Positions 1 through 12,546 of a stretch of DNA of 64,000 bases are shown piece after piece. The translations under genes and the position numbers were made by a program. The DNA lies in the NCBI GenBank assembly GCA_951406725.2, contig OX597839.1, forward strand, positions 16,368,001 to 16,432,000, in the 5' to 3' direction. Each line of letters starts with the position of its first letter. Within the stretch, counting starts at the first letter, position 1. A model generated the notes under the pieces. That model ran no database searches. It was not told the DNA's origin and saw only the letters and a list, made by a program, of their open reading frames with translations. The DNA comes from Octopus vulgaris (lineage: Eukaryota).

Positions 1-125
1 AACAAGACATAGAAATAGAAATAGAAAATACATTTACATTGTAGCTGAAAGCTGTTTCGGCCGTGAAGACAGGTATGTCCCATTTAACCTAAATGTATTT
101 TCTATTTCTATTTCTATGTCTTGTT
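1..125. repeat. Inverted repeat (arms 1-36 and 90-125; left arm probably cut by the window edge) with the 3' half of a hammerhead-like motif in the spacer
   Basis: aacaagacatagaaatagaaatagaaaatacattta is the reverse complement of taaatgtattttctatttctatttctatgtcttgtt. The minus strand of the spacer reads ggccGAAAcagctttcagct. Confidence 0.75.
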
Positions 126-418
126 ATATTTGTAATATATTATGTATAATATAACTGCTGTTGTGTAATGGTTTAATAAAGTATTGATTGGGTATTATCT
201 GATGGTTGATGATTGATTTAGGTATATTTCTCCATTTTCTCATTTTGTATTATTAATTTACAGTAAAAATAATTTTACCTTTGCCCACATAATACAGTAG
301 ATGAATTAATTGCATCGCAATTTTTAACATTTATGTATTAGCTTTGTTGGGTACTTCTCTAGCAGTATATTGGATATATGTTATCCCATGGAGGGTTGAA
401 TTTACAACCCCTATCCCA

Positions 419-497
<79 letters not shown>

Positions 498-517
498 CGT
501 GTGTGTGTGTGTGTGAA

Positions 518-760
518 GGCGCGTGGCTTAGTGATTAGGGTGTCAGCATCATGATCGTAAGATTGTGGTTTCGATTCCCGGACCGGGCGACGCGTTGTGT
601 TCTTGAGCAAAACACTTAATTTCACGTTGCTCCAGTCCACTCAGCTGGCAAAAATGAGTAACGCTGCGATGGACTGGCGTCCCGTCCAGCCGAGGAACAC
701 ATACGCCATTGAAACCGGGAAACCGGGCCCATGAGCCTGGCTAGGCTTTAAAAGGGCGCA
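518..760 (+). mobile_element. tRNA-derived SINE, family C (CORE-like)
   Basis: A-box gtggcttagtgatta, B-box ggtttcgattccc, then gtgttcttgagcaaaacacttaatttcacgttgctccagtccactcagctgg, a body shared with many copies in the window. Confidence 0.8.
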
Positions 761-770
761 TTTATTTTGA

Positions 771-1150
771 GTGGCTGTGTGGTAAGTAGCTTGCTAACCA
801 ACCACATGGTTCCGGGTTCAGTCCCACTGCGTGGCATCTTGGGCAAGTGTCTTCTGCTATAGCCCAGGGCCGACCAATGCCTTGTGAGTGGATTTGGTAG
901 ACGGAAACTGAAAGAAGCCTGTCGTATATATGTATATATATATGTATGTGTGTGTGTCTGTGTTTGTCCCCCTAGCATTGCTTGACAACCGATGCTGGTG
1001 TGTTTACGTCCCCGTCACTTAGCGGTTCGGCTAAGAGACCGATAGAATAAGTACTGGGCTTACAAAGAATAAGTCCCGGGGTCGATTTGCTCGACTAAAG
1101 GCGGTGCTCCAGCATGGCCGCAGTCAAATGACTGAAACAAGTAAAAGAGA
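771..1150 (+). mobile_element. tRNA-derived SINE, family A, full length
   Basis: gtggctgtgtggtaag...ggttcagtccc tRNA-like head, cttgggcaagt core, internal (TA/TG) tract and tail gactgaaacaagtaaaaga. Near-identical copies at about 23470-23860, 25625-26260, 26850-27435 and 61766-62146. Confidence 0.85.
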
Positions 1151-1191
1151 AAAAAAGAGAAATATATATATATGAATGTATGTATGTATGC

Positions 1192-1248
<57 letters not shown>

Positions 1249-1704
1249 AATGTATGCATAATATATATATATATACATACACATGTGTGTGTGAACATGT
1301 GCTTGCATGTATGTGTACATGTGTGACAATGAGGTAATTGTCTGTTGTTCTTCACTTTGTACAATGCACAAAAGAGTGCAAATACGAATGTACAATGCAG
1401 AATGCACTCTGCAAGCTTATATGCATTAGCAACTGTTAACAAACGCTTGCACCACTTTTAACAGTAATTGTAAGGTTATTTAAGAAATATCTGAAAGACA
1501 CTTGATTATTATTTCCGTTAGATTTCGATGCAATTCTTGTGGTGGTTTAAGGCAGTTGAAAGTATTCACATATGAATTTTCTATGCCAAAGCAAATACTT
1601 GCATACACATTCATACAACACATATTACTCTGAATAACACAGAAAAGCACAAAGACGCGTATTTATAAACACATTTACAGTGTATACAAATGAATGACAG
1701 TGAA

Positions 1705-1820
1705 GGTGCGTGGCTCACTCGTTAGGAATATTCGGCTCAAGATCGTGAGTTCGATTCCCGGCGGCGCGTTGTGTCCTTGAGCAAGGTACTTTATTTCCTT
1801 TTTCTCCAGTCCACTCAGCT
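1705..1820 (+). mobile_element. Family C SINE, 5' fragment
   Basis: ggtgcgtggctc...gagttcgattcccggcggcgcgttgtgtccttgagcaag...ctccagtccactcagct. Confidence 0.7.
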
Positions 1821-1976
1821 TTGTAGTCAAATACCTTCTTGTAATGCGATCAGACTGTTAGGCAAGTTTCTTCACTGCAGCTGCCCGTCTAACATCATAA
1901 TTTTGTTAATTAAAAATATTTCAACCACTACCAAACTCCTTTCTTGTAAGCAACTTATTTAACTGTTAAATCATTT

Positions 1977-2165
1977 TGGCAGAATCGTTACCGTGCCGGG
2001 CAGCATTTCGCCTGTCTCCACGTTCTGATTTCAAATTCTGCCGTGGTCGACTTGGCCTTTCATTCTTTCTGGGTCGACAAAAGAAGTACCAGTTGAACGC
2101 TGGGGTCGATGTGATTAACTTACTTTCTCCTCCGAAACTTCAGGCCTTCTGCCCTATAGTAAAAA
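1977..2165 (+). mobile_element. tRNA-derived SINE, family B (Nin-like central domain), diverged
   Basis: tggcagaatcgtta...ttcaaattctgccgtggtcgacttggcctttcattc...gtaccagttgaacgctggggtcgatg matches the family B consensus seen at 62628-62880. Confidence 0.75.
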
Positions 2166-2299
2166 GGAATCGCCTCCGTTATCGTTTATCGCTTGACTGT
2201 CGTGCATTGTCCTGGTTATTGCTTGACCGGGTCGGAGCGTCTCTTATTTAAATTCTTGTGGGAGGAACGCGTTCCAATGGTCTGTTGCAAGCATTCTCT

Positions 2300-3478
2300 G
2301 GGTGGTGGATTAGGTATGCCGTGGCTCCTAATGCACAGACATGCTCTTAGGTTACCTCACCTGGAATGATTTCTGGACGGTGAGCGAGCGTGGGCTCCAT
2401 TTGTGAGATTCGTCTTCCCGCAGCTTGTCTCCTTGACGGAGTTGCAGTCCTGGGTGAAGAAAGGACCAAGACTGGGCGCCTGACACCTAGAATGTTGTCA
2501 GGCGCTCACAGCCCTCTACCAGTTGGGCAATGGGATCGGTGGATGTTCCGCTTTAGATATTTATCGAGGATTAGTGGCGGGTAAGTGCGACAATGATCTC
2601 GTAGAGACTCTGGGCCGACGAGACGAATTGGCTAGTCTGTTCCGGAGGACTTTCCGATTGAGAACTATCATGAATAATTTCCAGATGTCCTTGGCCTGGC
2701 AGTGCTATCGGAGTCGGGGGTGCTACCGGTTCGAGATAAACTCTACAGGCACGGATGTGCTGTCAGACGGGCTTGTCCGAGGTGCGCTCAGAGTGACGAA
2801 ACCATTCTGCATGCCCTCGTTCAGTGTCCGAGTATTGCTGACTTGCGGGGTTATGTCGAACAGCTGCTGTCACGTGTGGCACGGGGATCTGTCTGTCGGC
2901 CGAGCCTGTAGTGATGGTCGCCCCGTCACCTTCCTTCAATCGGGCAGGCAAGGCAGTTTTCCCCTGGCTGGTGGCTGTGGCGAAATAGGTTGTTTAGTGG
3001 CCAAGGCTGAAAGGCATGAGGACAGATACATTCCTCTTTGGTAGAGCTCCCATTGACTTCAAGTTTCACTTGGAAAGGAAATTGAGAGTGGAGGGGGAAA
3101 TTCTGTCCTTAAGTGAGTTTGTTGAAAGGTGGGTGAAAGTTGCGAAAATGGCAAGAGTGGATGGCAAGAGTGTAGACCTGTGAGTCGGAGAGAAGGAATT
3201 GGAGCGGGCACATGTTCTTGGGGTTTCAGGGAAATCTTGGACAGTGGGGTTCCTCGATTATCCCTAGAGGCATTCCTGTATGAGGAGGGCCACATCTGTA
3301 TCATCCTGCCCGCAACTTTTCTTTTAACCTTTACATGCTCTGCATATGTCCCTTCTTCTTCTTCAGTGTATACTTACTTTTTTATTCTTTTTATCATTCC
3401 ACTATATGTAAACCCCAACACTTTATCTGTTTTTGCATTATCCCTCTCATCCTTCGCCCTTGAGGCAAATAAATAAAA
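2300..3478 (+). mobile_element. Tx1/L1-clade LINE 3' fragment, frameshifted (zf-RVT region plus 3' UTR)
   Basis: Translations LAWQCYR / GVLPVRDKLYRHG...CPRC...ETILHALVQCP (CxxC-x7-H-x4-C knuckle). Homologous to 48342-48957. Ends in aaataaataaa before an (ATC/ATT)n tract. Confidence 0.8.
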
Positions 3479-3558
3479 TCATCACCACCATCATCATCAA
3501 CATCATTATTATTATTATTATTATTATTATCATCATCATCATTATTATAATTATTATT

Positions 3559-3790
3559 CAGCAGTTTTATTTTTATTGCGTGCTTTCACTGCACTTCCAA
3601 GCGCAGCTCTGTGTGCCTTGGGTATGTGCTATAGTTTGTTGTGATGCTTTTATTTTCACTGTATTGGCAGTGTTTTACGTAGGATGTGCACGGTGCCTAG
3701 TAGTGCTATTATCTGTATGTTGTATATACTTGTTAGTCCCTGGCGTTTTTGTTATGTATGTATGAATGGTTCTTTTTATCATACTATGAC
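3559..3790 (-). mobile_element. R4/Dong-clade LINE extreme 3' end
   Basis: Minus-strand translation ...LTSIYNIQIIALLGTVHILRKTLPIQ* is the typical R4/Dong C-terminus. Short 3' UTR, flanked on both sides by (TAA)n. Confidence 0.7.
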
Positions 3791-3794
3791 AAGA

Positions 3795-3853
<59 letters not shown>

Positions 3854-3855
3854 CA

Positions 3856-5115
3856 TTTGATTTTAATCTGCATGTTTGTTACACTTACCTGCTGCGACCC
3901 CACCCAGCGTCAGAGGGCGAGTGAAGGATAAGAGATGTTACAGTATGAGTAAAAGTTTGGAGAGGGGAGGTGGCAGAGCCAGTAGCTAAATATCTTCATG
4001 TAATACAACACAGACATTTAAACTGGATTTCTCTGAGACATGTTTCCCCTGGGATATAATCTAGATGATTTTGACATCCTTTTTTTATCATACCTAGGGC
4101 ATCCACAACAACAGGAACAGTTCTTGCTTTAAGATGCCACATCTTTTGTATTTCAATTTCCAGGTCCTTATATTTACTTAATTTGTCAAATTCCTTTACA
4201 GATATATTTTGATCAGTGACAACACTTACGTCTATTAGTTTATAAGTATTTTCTTCTCCGTCGTTAATGACTATGTCTGGTCGATTAACCTGGATCGTTC
4301 TGTCGGTGTTGACTGGAAAATCCCAGACGATAGTGACATTTTTACCTTCACCGACTGGTTCAGGATGAAGGTCATACCAGTAAGCAGGAGTGTTGATTTT
4401 GTAGTATTTACATATTTTCCATTGTAAATACTGTTCTACCCTATCGTGACAATTTTTGTATTCATTTGGTGTCAGTACAGGACATCCCGAGACGAGATGG
4501 TATATTGCTTCGTTACATGTATCGCCAAATCTGCATTTAGGGTCAGAACCGTCTTGAAGAACGTTAGCCTGGTAGATTTTGGTTAGCAAGCTTTTAACTT
4601 GTGTCGTTAATATGAAACTTTCAGTTCCTGCTTTCAGTACTGAGCTTCTCAGCCACTGATAGCTTGTTGCTTGGTCTACATCAGCATTTTGGCTTCGAAG
4701 TATATACTCCACCTCTCCTCAATTTGTTTCTGCCCGTTCTTTTTTGTAGTCTGTTTGATCAGTTTTCTTTGTTTGGTGGCAGTGGTTTCAGGTTCTTCGT
4801 GTAATTCAAGGTTAAAACCAAGTTCCCTTGCGAATTTGCAAGTTTCTTTGACATTAGAATGTCATTTTTTTGGCTGCTTTTTTGCTGACTTAGACAGAAT
4901 GTAAATATTGTTCCTGGTATGCTCTGAACAATAGAATTTTTTGTTGTATGAGTAGCTTTGCTTTCGGGTATCAGTTTTCTTTCTGTCTCCAACCAGCTTG
5001 GTGTATTTATATCTCCACTGAAAGCTTGCTAATAAATATCGATAAAGGACCTACGATACGTCAGATTTTTTTGTACCACTCTCAGCCAATGGAATTTCTT
5101 CTGAATGTTTTCCTG
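3856..5115 (-). mobile_element. R4/Dong-clade non-LTR retrotransposon, 5'-truncated relic
   Basis: Contains ORF 3996-4712 (knuckle plus restriction-like endonuclease). The 3' end abuts (TAA)n at 3795-3855. Confidence 0.8.
3996..4712 (-). pseudogene. C-terminal zinc knuckle and PD-(D/E)xK restriction-like endonuclease of an R4/Dong element
   Basis: KCRFG..CNEAIYHLVSGC (degenerate CCHC), YKNCHDRV (RHD motif), IVWDFPVNTDR..NRPDIVI, LIDVSV, KLSKYKDL, VPVVVDALG. Confidence 0.85.
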
Positions 5116-5271
5116 TTATGAAGTTTTTGACTCACAGTCTCGAAGGTATTGCGTGCGATGCGATATACTTGTATGCATGAATGCATGGATGCATGTATGT
5201 ATGTATGTATGTATGTATGTATGTATGTATGTATGTATGTATGTATGTATGTATGTATGTATGTATGTATA

Positions 5272-5605
5272 GGCGCATGGCTCAGTGGTTAGCGCGTCGA
5301 GCTTACGATCGTGAGGTTGTGAGTTCGAATCCCGGACCGGGCTGCGTGTTGTGTTCTTGAGCAAGACACTATATTTCACATTGCTCCAGTTCACTCAGCT
5401 GTAGAACTGAGTTGCGACATCACTGGTGCCACGCTGTATCGGCCCCTTTGTCTTTCCCTTGGATAACACTGGTGGCGTGGAGAGGTGAGGCCGGTATGCA
5501 TGGACGACTGCTGGTCTTCCATAAAAAAAACCCACCTTGCCTGGACTTGTGCTTGGGAGGGTAACTTTCTAGGTGCAATCCCACGGTCAGTCATGACCGA
5601 GGGGG
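5272..5605 (+). mobile_element. Family C SINE variant, copy 1 of a tandem pair
   Basis: ggcgcatggctcagtggttag...gagttcgaatccc head, about 330 bp, near-identical to 5652-5983. Confidence 0.85.
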
Positions 5606-5651
5606 AGGGGCCTCAGATGTATGTATGTATGTATGTATGTATGTATGTGAA

Positions 5652-5983
5652 GGCGCATGGCTCAGTGTTTAGAGCATTGAGCTTACGATCGTGAGGTTGT
5701 GAGTTCGAATCCCGGACCAGGCTGTGTGTTGTATTCTTGAGCAAGACACTTTATTTCACATTGCTCCAGTTCACTCAGCTGTAGAACTGAGTTGCGACGT
5801 CACAGGTGCCAAGCTGTATCGGCCCCTTTGCCTTTCCCTTGGATAACACTGGTGGCGTGGAGAGGTGAGGCCGGTATGCATGGACGACTGCTGGTCTTCC
5901 ATAAAAAACAGCCTTGCCCGAACTTGTGCCTGGGAGGGTAACTTTCTAGGTGCAATCCCACGGTCAGTCATGACCGAGGGAGG
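5652..5983 (+). mobile_element. Family C SINE variant, copy 2 of a tandem pair
   Basis: Direct repeat of 5272-5605, separated from it by (TATG)n. Confidence 0.85.
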
Positions 5984-5988
5984 TCTCA

Positions 5989-6154
5989 GATGTATGTATG
6001 TATGTATGTATGTATGTATGCATGCATGCATGTATGTATGTATATATATATATGTGTATGTATGTATGTATGTATGTATGTATGTATGTATGTATGTATG
6101 TATGTATGTATGTATGTATGCATGCATGCATGTATGTATGTATATATATATGTG

Positions 6155-6186
<32 letters not shown>

Positions 6187-7130
6187 CATGCATGCATGCA
6201 TGTATGTATATATATATGTGTATGTATGTATGTATGTATGTATGTATGCATGCATGTATGTATGTATATATATATGTGTATGTATGTATGTATGTATGTA
6301 TGTATGCATGCATGCATGTATGTATGTATATATATATGTGTATGTATGTATGTATGTATGTATGCATGCATGCATGTATGTATGTATATATATATATGTG
6401 TATGTATGTATGTATGTATGCATGCATGCATGCATGTATGTATATATATATATGTGTATGTATGTATGTATGTATGAATGTATGTATGCATGCATGCATG
6501 TATGTATGTATATATATATATATGTATGTATGCATGCATGCATGTATGTATATATATATATGTGTATGTATGTATGTATGTATGTATGCATGCATGCATG
6601 TATGTATGTATATATATGTGTATGTATGTATGTATGCATGCATGCATGCATGTATGTATATATATATATGTGTATGTATGTATGTATGTATGTATGTATG
6701 TATGTATGCATGCATGCATGTATGTATGTATATATATGTGTATGTATGTATGTATGTATGCATGCATGCATGTATGTATATATATATATATGTGTATGTA
6801 TGTATGTATGTATGTATGTATGTATGTATGCATGCATGCATGCATGTATGTATATATATATGTGTATGTATGTATGTATGTATGTATGTATGTATGTATG
6901 CATGCATGCATGCATGTATGTATATATATATATGTGTATGTATGTATGTATGTATGTATGTATGTATGTATGTATGTATGCATGCATGCATGCATGTATG
7001 TATGTATATATATATGTGTATGTATGTATGTATGTATGTATGTATGTATGTATGTATGCATGCATGTATGTATGTATATATATATGTGTATGTATGTATG
7101 TATGTATGTATGTATGTATGTATGTATGTG
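5989..7130. repeat. Compound microsatellite with higher-order unit (TATG)n-(CATG)n-(TA)n-TGTG
   Basis: About 1.1 kb of the same ordered blocks repeated roughly 20 times with variable block lengths. Confidence 0.95.
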
Positions 7131-8797
7131 TACGCAACTGGAGAAGAGTACGCGCACGCGAGTGCAAACGCAGAACCAACAACAAAAAGGTACACCGTCC
7201 AGTGATATATAAATATCAATTTAATACACAACCGAAAGAGCTGTTAATAGTTTCACGCTTTTATAATAGTTTAACTAAGCAATTTTATTAAATACGCCTT
7301 GTGTATCGCCAAGCGATCTTTCAGTTTATGTTTGCGCGTTATATATATAGTATTTCTATTCAACAGTTTCCATAGTTATCACGGTTAACAATGCAATGTA
7401 ATAACTTAGAGTACTGGTTATTGATTTGTGAACTAATGCAGACGTTAGTCATACACACGCCGCTTTGTACAATGCTAGAATCACTATGCAGTTATGTACG
7501 AGAATATACCTTTCATATGTGTGTATGTTCGTGTGAGTATGTGTGTGTGAGCGTGTATGTGTGTGCGTGTATGTGTGTGCGCGTATGTGTGTGCGCGTGT
7601 GCGAGTATGAGTGCGTGTGTGCGAGTGAGTACGTGGTGTGCGCGTGTGTGCCTTGTGTGAGTGTGAGTGTATATGTGTGCGCGTGTGTGTGCATGCACGT
7701 GCGAGTGTGAGTGCCTGGGCGGTGTGCGCGCTTGTGTGTATGTCGTGTGTGTGTACGTGTGTGTGTATGCGTGCGTGTGCGAGTGTGAGTGCCTGGAAGC
7801 GTGTGCGTGCGCGCGCTTGTGTATGTGAGTGGGTGCGTGCGCACGCGTGCATGTCTATGTGTGTGCGTGTGTGTGTATGTGTGTGTGATCGTGTGTGCGC
7901 ATGTGTGCTCGGCGTTCGATGAGGCGGATGCAGTGGATCGATCGACTGAACTTATTGCCCCTTAATTAACATGCAGATGGATGAGGATTCCACAGACATG
8001 TGGCCCTTGACACAACTGTCAGGCAGAATCAACGTAATTCGGTGCGTGACGGCACAGTCTTTTTAAAATTAGTGGTACACTTCACATGACAGGCTTCTTT
8101 TCAGTTTCCGTCAATCCAATTTCGCTCTCAAGTTATGGGATAACCTGACGCTATAGAAAATGTGCGTTTCGACGCTGCCCTGATCCGCCTCTCCACTCTC
8201 AATGAGAAGCATTAATCCGCATAGCATCAGCTGGAATCACCTGTCACTTGCTGGCCTTTCTAATTGCGGATAAGAACCTGAGTATCATAGGTGCTTTGTC
8301 CAGAAGCAATGACCCAAGATCTGATGCTATTCCAATGGAAACTTAACAAGATTATAAGTGCACGCTTCTGTGTATCAAGGGTCACTGTGCTCTGCTACTC
8401 GATATAACGCCAGGAGAACATTCTACTGAAGGTCACGAACGCCTGAATGGTATTAAGGCGGTTATTTGTTTATCTTGAAAAGGGCCTTCTGGCCGAATGC
8501 TAGGGCCGCCTTAAGGAGGACCGTGATATAATTGATATGGTGTTTATAGTACAAGCAATTTTAGATGTTTCGAAAATAACATTAATTATGATCTCTACAC
8601 AACCCATGTCGACTTTGAAGGGCTCTGGACAATTTTGGTCGAGTACGTGTTCTCACAATTTGACTGTTCGCTACGGTTATTCAATAAGGACGTGTTTGCC
8701 TGGGTTTTATCCGGTTTTTTGTATTTCTGACAAGGTAACTGATGCAGTGACATTCTAAATCACGAAGAGTGTAAAACAAGGTTATTTCCTACCACCC

Positions 8798-8963
8798 CAC
8801 TAGCGTAGCTAGAGTGTGTGTTGTTCGGGACGGCCCTTCCGTTTACCGCCCTGGATAGCACAAAAAACACATATTGCCTACAGCAAACACAAAAGTGGTG
8901 CCCCATTAAAAGTGCCGCTCGGGGCGGACCGCTCCAACCGCTCCTCCTCTAGCTATGTTAGTG
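8798..8963. mobile_element. Probable small hAT-like MITE
   Basis: Imperfect 17-bp TIRs cactagcgtagctagag / ctctagctatgttagtg. No convincing TSD. Confidence 0.5.
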
Positions 8964-9209
8964 TAACCACTCCCTTTTTTCAGCATGTTTTCAGAAAAAC
9001 TAAAAAATATATTCCGTGACAAAAGATGGCTTTGGTATATACTATCATACTGACAGCATGATGTTCAACCTGAGATTCCAGACTGAAGCCAAGCTGTGCA
9101 TAATCCTGTTTGTACGTGACAATAATCCCAAATGCGGAGTCAAAGTTTGTGATACAGCATTAGATGATCGAGTTTTTCTCTCCCTGCCATAACTTCAGTC
9201 TCATTTCCC

Positions 9210-9427
9210 TCTGTTCCAGTCCACTCAGCTGGCAAAAATGAATTGCACATGTAATTCAAAAGGCCAGTCTTGTCACATTCTCTGTTGCGCTGAATCTCCA
9301 CGAGAACTACATTAAGGGTACAGGTGTCTGTGGAGTTCTCAGCCACTTGAACGTTAATTTCACGTGCAGGCTGCTCCTTGACTGGATCAAGTAGAACCCT
9401 CGTTGTCGTACTCGACGGAGTGCCAGT
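9210..9427 (+). mobile_element. Family C SINE, 3' portion
   Basis: ccagtccactcagctggcaaaaatga...ccttgtcaca...gaaccctcgttgtcgtactcgacggagtgcca tail shared with 22460-22772, 37445-37655 and 40478-40852. Confidence 0.75.
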
Positions 9428-9530
9428 CCATTAATAAATTTCAGTAAACCTTGAAAGAACATCTGGAAGAGGAGGAGTCTGAATGTTCAAACTCGGATCA
9501 GACGATAAAGATCAAACTTAAAACTTGGGG

Positions 9531-9623
9531 TGCTTATAAACGTCTGCTTATAAACGTCTGCTTATGAACGTCTGCTTATGAACGTCTGCTTATAAACGTC
9601 TGCTTATGAACGTCTGCTTATGA
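9531..9623. repeat. 14-bp minisatellite (tgcttatRaacgtc), about 6.6 copies
   Basis: Units start at 9531, 9545, 9559, 9573, 9587, 9601 and 9615. Confidence 0.95.
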
Positions 9624-9876
9624 GACGTGAACAGCCTGTAACAATCGCACCAAAATGTTGCTTTCCATGACTTCAAGCATGTTGTATAACGTGTTGCTAA
9701 TCTGTTATTGAAACAAATGTAATCTGTGAAACGAATGTAATATGGACAACTCCATTCTTCATTTGTTTTATACTCAGCGAATGAGGACAACCTTCTGGAT
9801 TCCTGGATCCTTTCTCAAGCCTGTATGTATTCATACATAAATTAATACGTACATACGTACATACATACATGCATAA

Positions 9877-9907
<31 letters not shown>

Positions 9908-10598
9908 ATCTATCTATACATACATACACACACATACATACACACGCACACACACATACATACATACATACATACATACATACATACATACATACATACA
10001 TACATACATACATTGAGACTATAAAAACCTGCAAGACCTTCTTGAACTTTAAAGGATGATGAACTAAACAAGATGCTTTCCTTCGCAACCTCGGTACCAA
10101 ACAGGTGACCGGTCAAGCTTTACTCTAAATTAAAAAGGGAAAAGAAAAGAACACAAGTGGCGAGCCGAGAGGCAGAGATCGGTCAATAAAGAATACATGT
10201 TACTTAGCTATTTAGAACTGTCGCAGACAAGAGGCTGTGGCAATGAAAGGTAAGTGGAAACTTAGTCGACATATGTTGTCTTACGTCATCCTGCAAAAGG
10301 AATTCTACAGCTGTTATTGCCCACCCGTTTTATCTCTTGTCATAAGGACTCTACCCCGACCTCACCTACCCAGCATTCAATGACCCTTTCTTTTAAGTGA
10401 CAATCACAAAGCAAATATGTTTATCAGACGAGACTGCGGGCGCGATTGGCCTCGTTAGCCACGAACTCAAAGCCGCGTGTTTGGCACATGCACACTATCT
10501 CTCTGTCTACGCCTGTATGTATGTATTTATGTATGTATTGTCTAACTGTCTATTTGTTTGTATCCCTCACTCTGTCTCTGTCTGTCTCTCTCTCTCTC

Positions 10599-10721
<123 letters not shown>

Positions 10722-11294
10722 TGTATACAGGATAGATTTCATGTTGGTCCAAAGGCGACTTTTCTGTGACGGATGGCAAAACCGGCACATTAATTTATAC
10801 TTTTCTTTACTCAGATTTTAACCCTGTATTTCCTAGCAAGGAAAGAAGCCCCCCCCTCTCTCTGTTTCTCTATCTCCCTCATATATATATATTTGTGTGT
10901 GCGTGCATTAATGGATAGAGTTTTGAACTCAAGTTCGCGGTTTCGATGCTTGAACTGTGTATTACATTTCACGTTGTTGCAGTATACTTAACTAACAACG
11001 AGTATCACTCGACTGCTGGTGCAATCATCTCTTTAAATCCATCTTTTATGTCCAGGATATTCTTCAGGGTCAAGCCTCTGACAAGTGATGCGGGAAGGGA
11101 ACACGATGAGTTCTGTGAGTACCAGCCAGGTGCTTGTACTCACATATACTCACATACATAAAACTGAGTTAACTGAATGACTAAAACTCGAAATGCCTTT
11201 ACTCAAGGTCACAAGGCACCGTTACCTGTTCCAAGAACTGTATGGACGATTTTGAGCCTATGAACCTAACACCCTAAAGCACTTGGCCAAGCAC

Positions 11295-11332
<38 letters not shown>

Positions 11333-11442
11333 CGAGGATGATCCGGTTCTTGACTGAAGATTGAAAGCTTCGAATGTCCCGTTCATGTTTTTTGTATCGT
11401 CTCCTAAAGGTTTTGCATTCTTGTCCCAGTTTGTATTTTTAT

Positions 11443-11473
<31 letters not shown>

Positions 11474-11559
11474 ATATATATATATATATATACATACATG
11501 TATGCGTGTATGTACATATAAATATATATATATACATATATTGATAGAAATGGTAAGAC

Positions 11560-12535
11560 AACAAAAGAATGAAAGAGACCTCGATATGATGTAAATAGAG
11601 GAATTTATCTGTAAATATAATATGTGACAATTATTCGGTAGCCATGATAAAACTCCGAGTTTCTGATGTCGGGGCGGAAACCAACGCCGCCATCTCTTCA
11701 GTTATCCGGCCAATCGAAAAAAATGCTATGAAAATGACCGTTAAACAATGGGAAATTACTGTGTGATTGACCGTTATTAAGACAAAAGAGCTATTAGAAT
11801 GACCGCTAAGTAAGGAGAGGGAGTAAAGGTAGGTAAGGGGGGAAAAGGTTCATTGTATTCGCGTAAGCGCACATGTCCATACCTACACATGCGCGCCAGA
11901 ACACCCACGTACATGCGCCTATAAGTATATACTCATCCACCCTCACTTGAAACAAACACATGCTCACCCACACATTCACCTAAAAATATATACATACCCT
12001 CATACACGCTCGCACACACACACGCGCACAAAAAAAATGTCCATGCACACGTCTATATACGCACATGCACAAAAAATAAAAACAGGGCTAAAGGCAAAAT
12101 ACAGAAAAAGTATAAAGAAATATTAAAAAAATAAGCGATAAGAATAAAACACGTTTATATATGCACATACCCGTATGCACGCACACACACGTCTATATAC
12201 GCGCATACGTCTATATACGCACACACACGCGCACAAAAAAGGGTTCATACACACGTCTATATACGCACATGCGCAAGAAAAAACAGGGCTAAAGGTAAAA
12301 TACAGAAAAATGTGTAAAAATGTGTAAAAAATAAGCAATGAGTAAAACGCGTCTATATACGCACATACTCGCATCAACGCACACACCCACGCGCGCGCAC
12401 AATAGATTCCACATACAAGTCTGTATACGCACAGGGAAATGCAGGGTGGAAGGTAGAATACAGGAAAAATATGAAAAAATATTGTAAAAATTATATGAGC
12501 AATAAACCTATAAAACCCATGCGTGAGAAACACAG
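11560..12535 (-). mobile_element. Probable Penelope-like pseudo-LTR/3' UTR relic with internal imperfect repeats
   Basis: Recurrent gtctatatacgca, and aaacagggctaaagg at about 12081 and 12281, lie upstream (minus strand) of the HHR at 11646-11706. Ends in a (TA)-rich tract. Confidence 0.5.
11646..11706 (-). ncRNA. Type-I hammerhead ribozyme motif
   Basis: Minus strand: gataa CTGAAGA gatg[gcggcgttggtttccgccccga]catc a GAAA ctcggag TT ttatc. Stem I gataa/ttatc, stem II gatg/catc, stem III actc-g-gagt, with one extra A before GAAA. Confidence 0.7.
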
Positions 12536-12546
12536 TAAGCGATATA

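Noticed and set aside
518-600. tRNA-like A/B boxes here and at other SINE heads
   Set aside because: They continue into SINE bodies and I could not form a full cloverleaf; not tRNA genes.
5771-7291. Long ORFs of 400-486 aa (MYVC/HTYI repeats) and the many similar short ORFs across the window
   Set aside because: Translations of stop-free microsatellites, open in several frames on both strands; not evidence of genes.
9531-9623. Regular short repeats resembling a CRISPR or iteron array
   Set aside because: Contiguous 14-bp units without spacers in a eukaryotic context; an ordinary minisatellite.
10216-10255. Possible micro-exon ending aag|gtaagt
   Set aside because: Good donor but weak acceptor and no recognisable coding content; such motifs are expected by chance in 64 kb.
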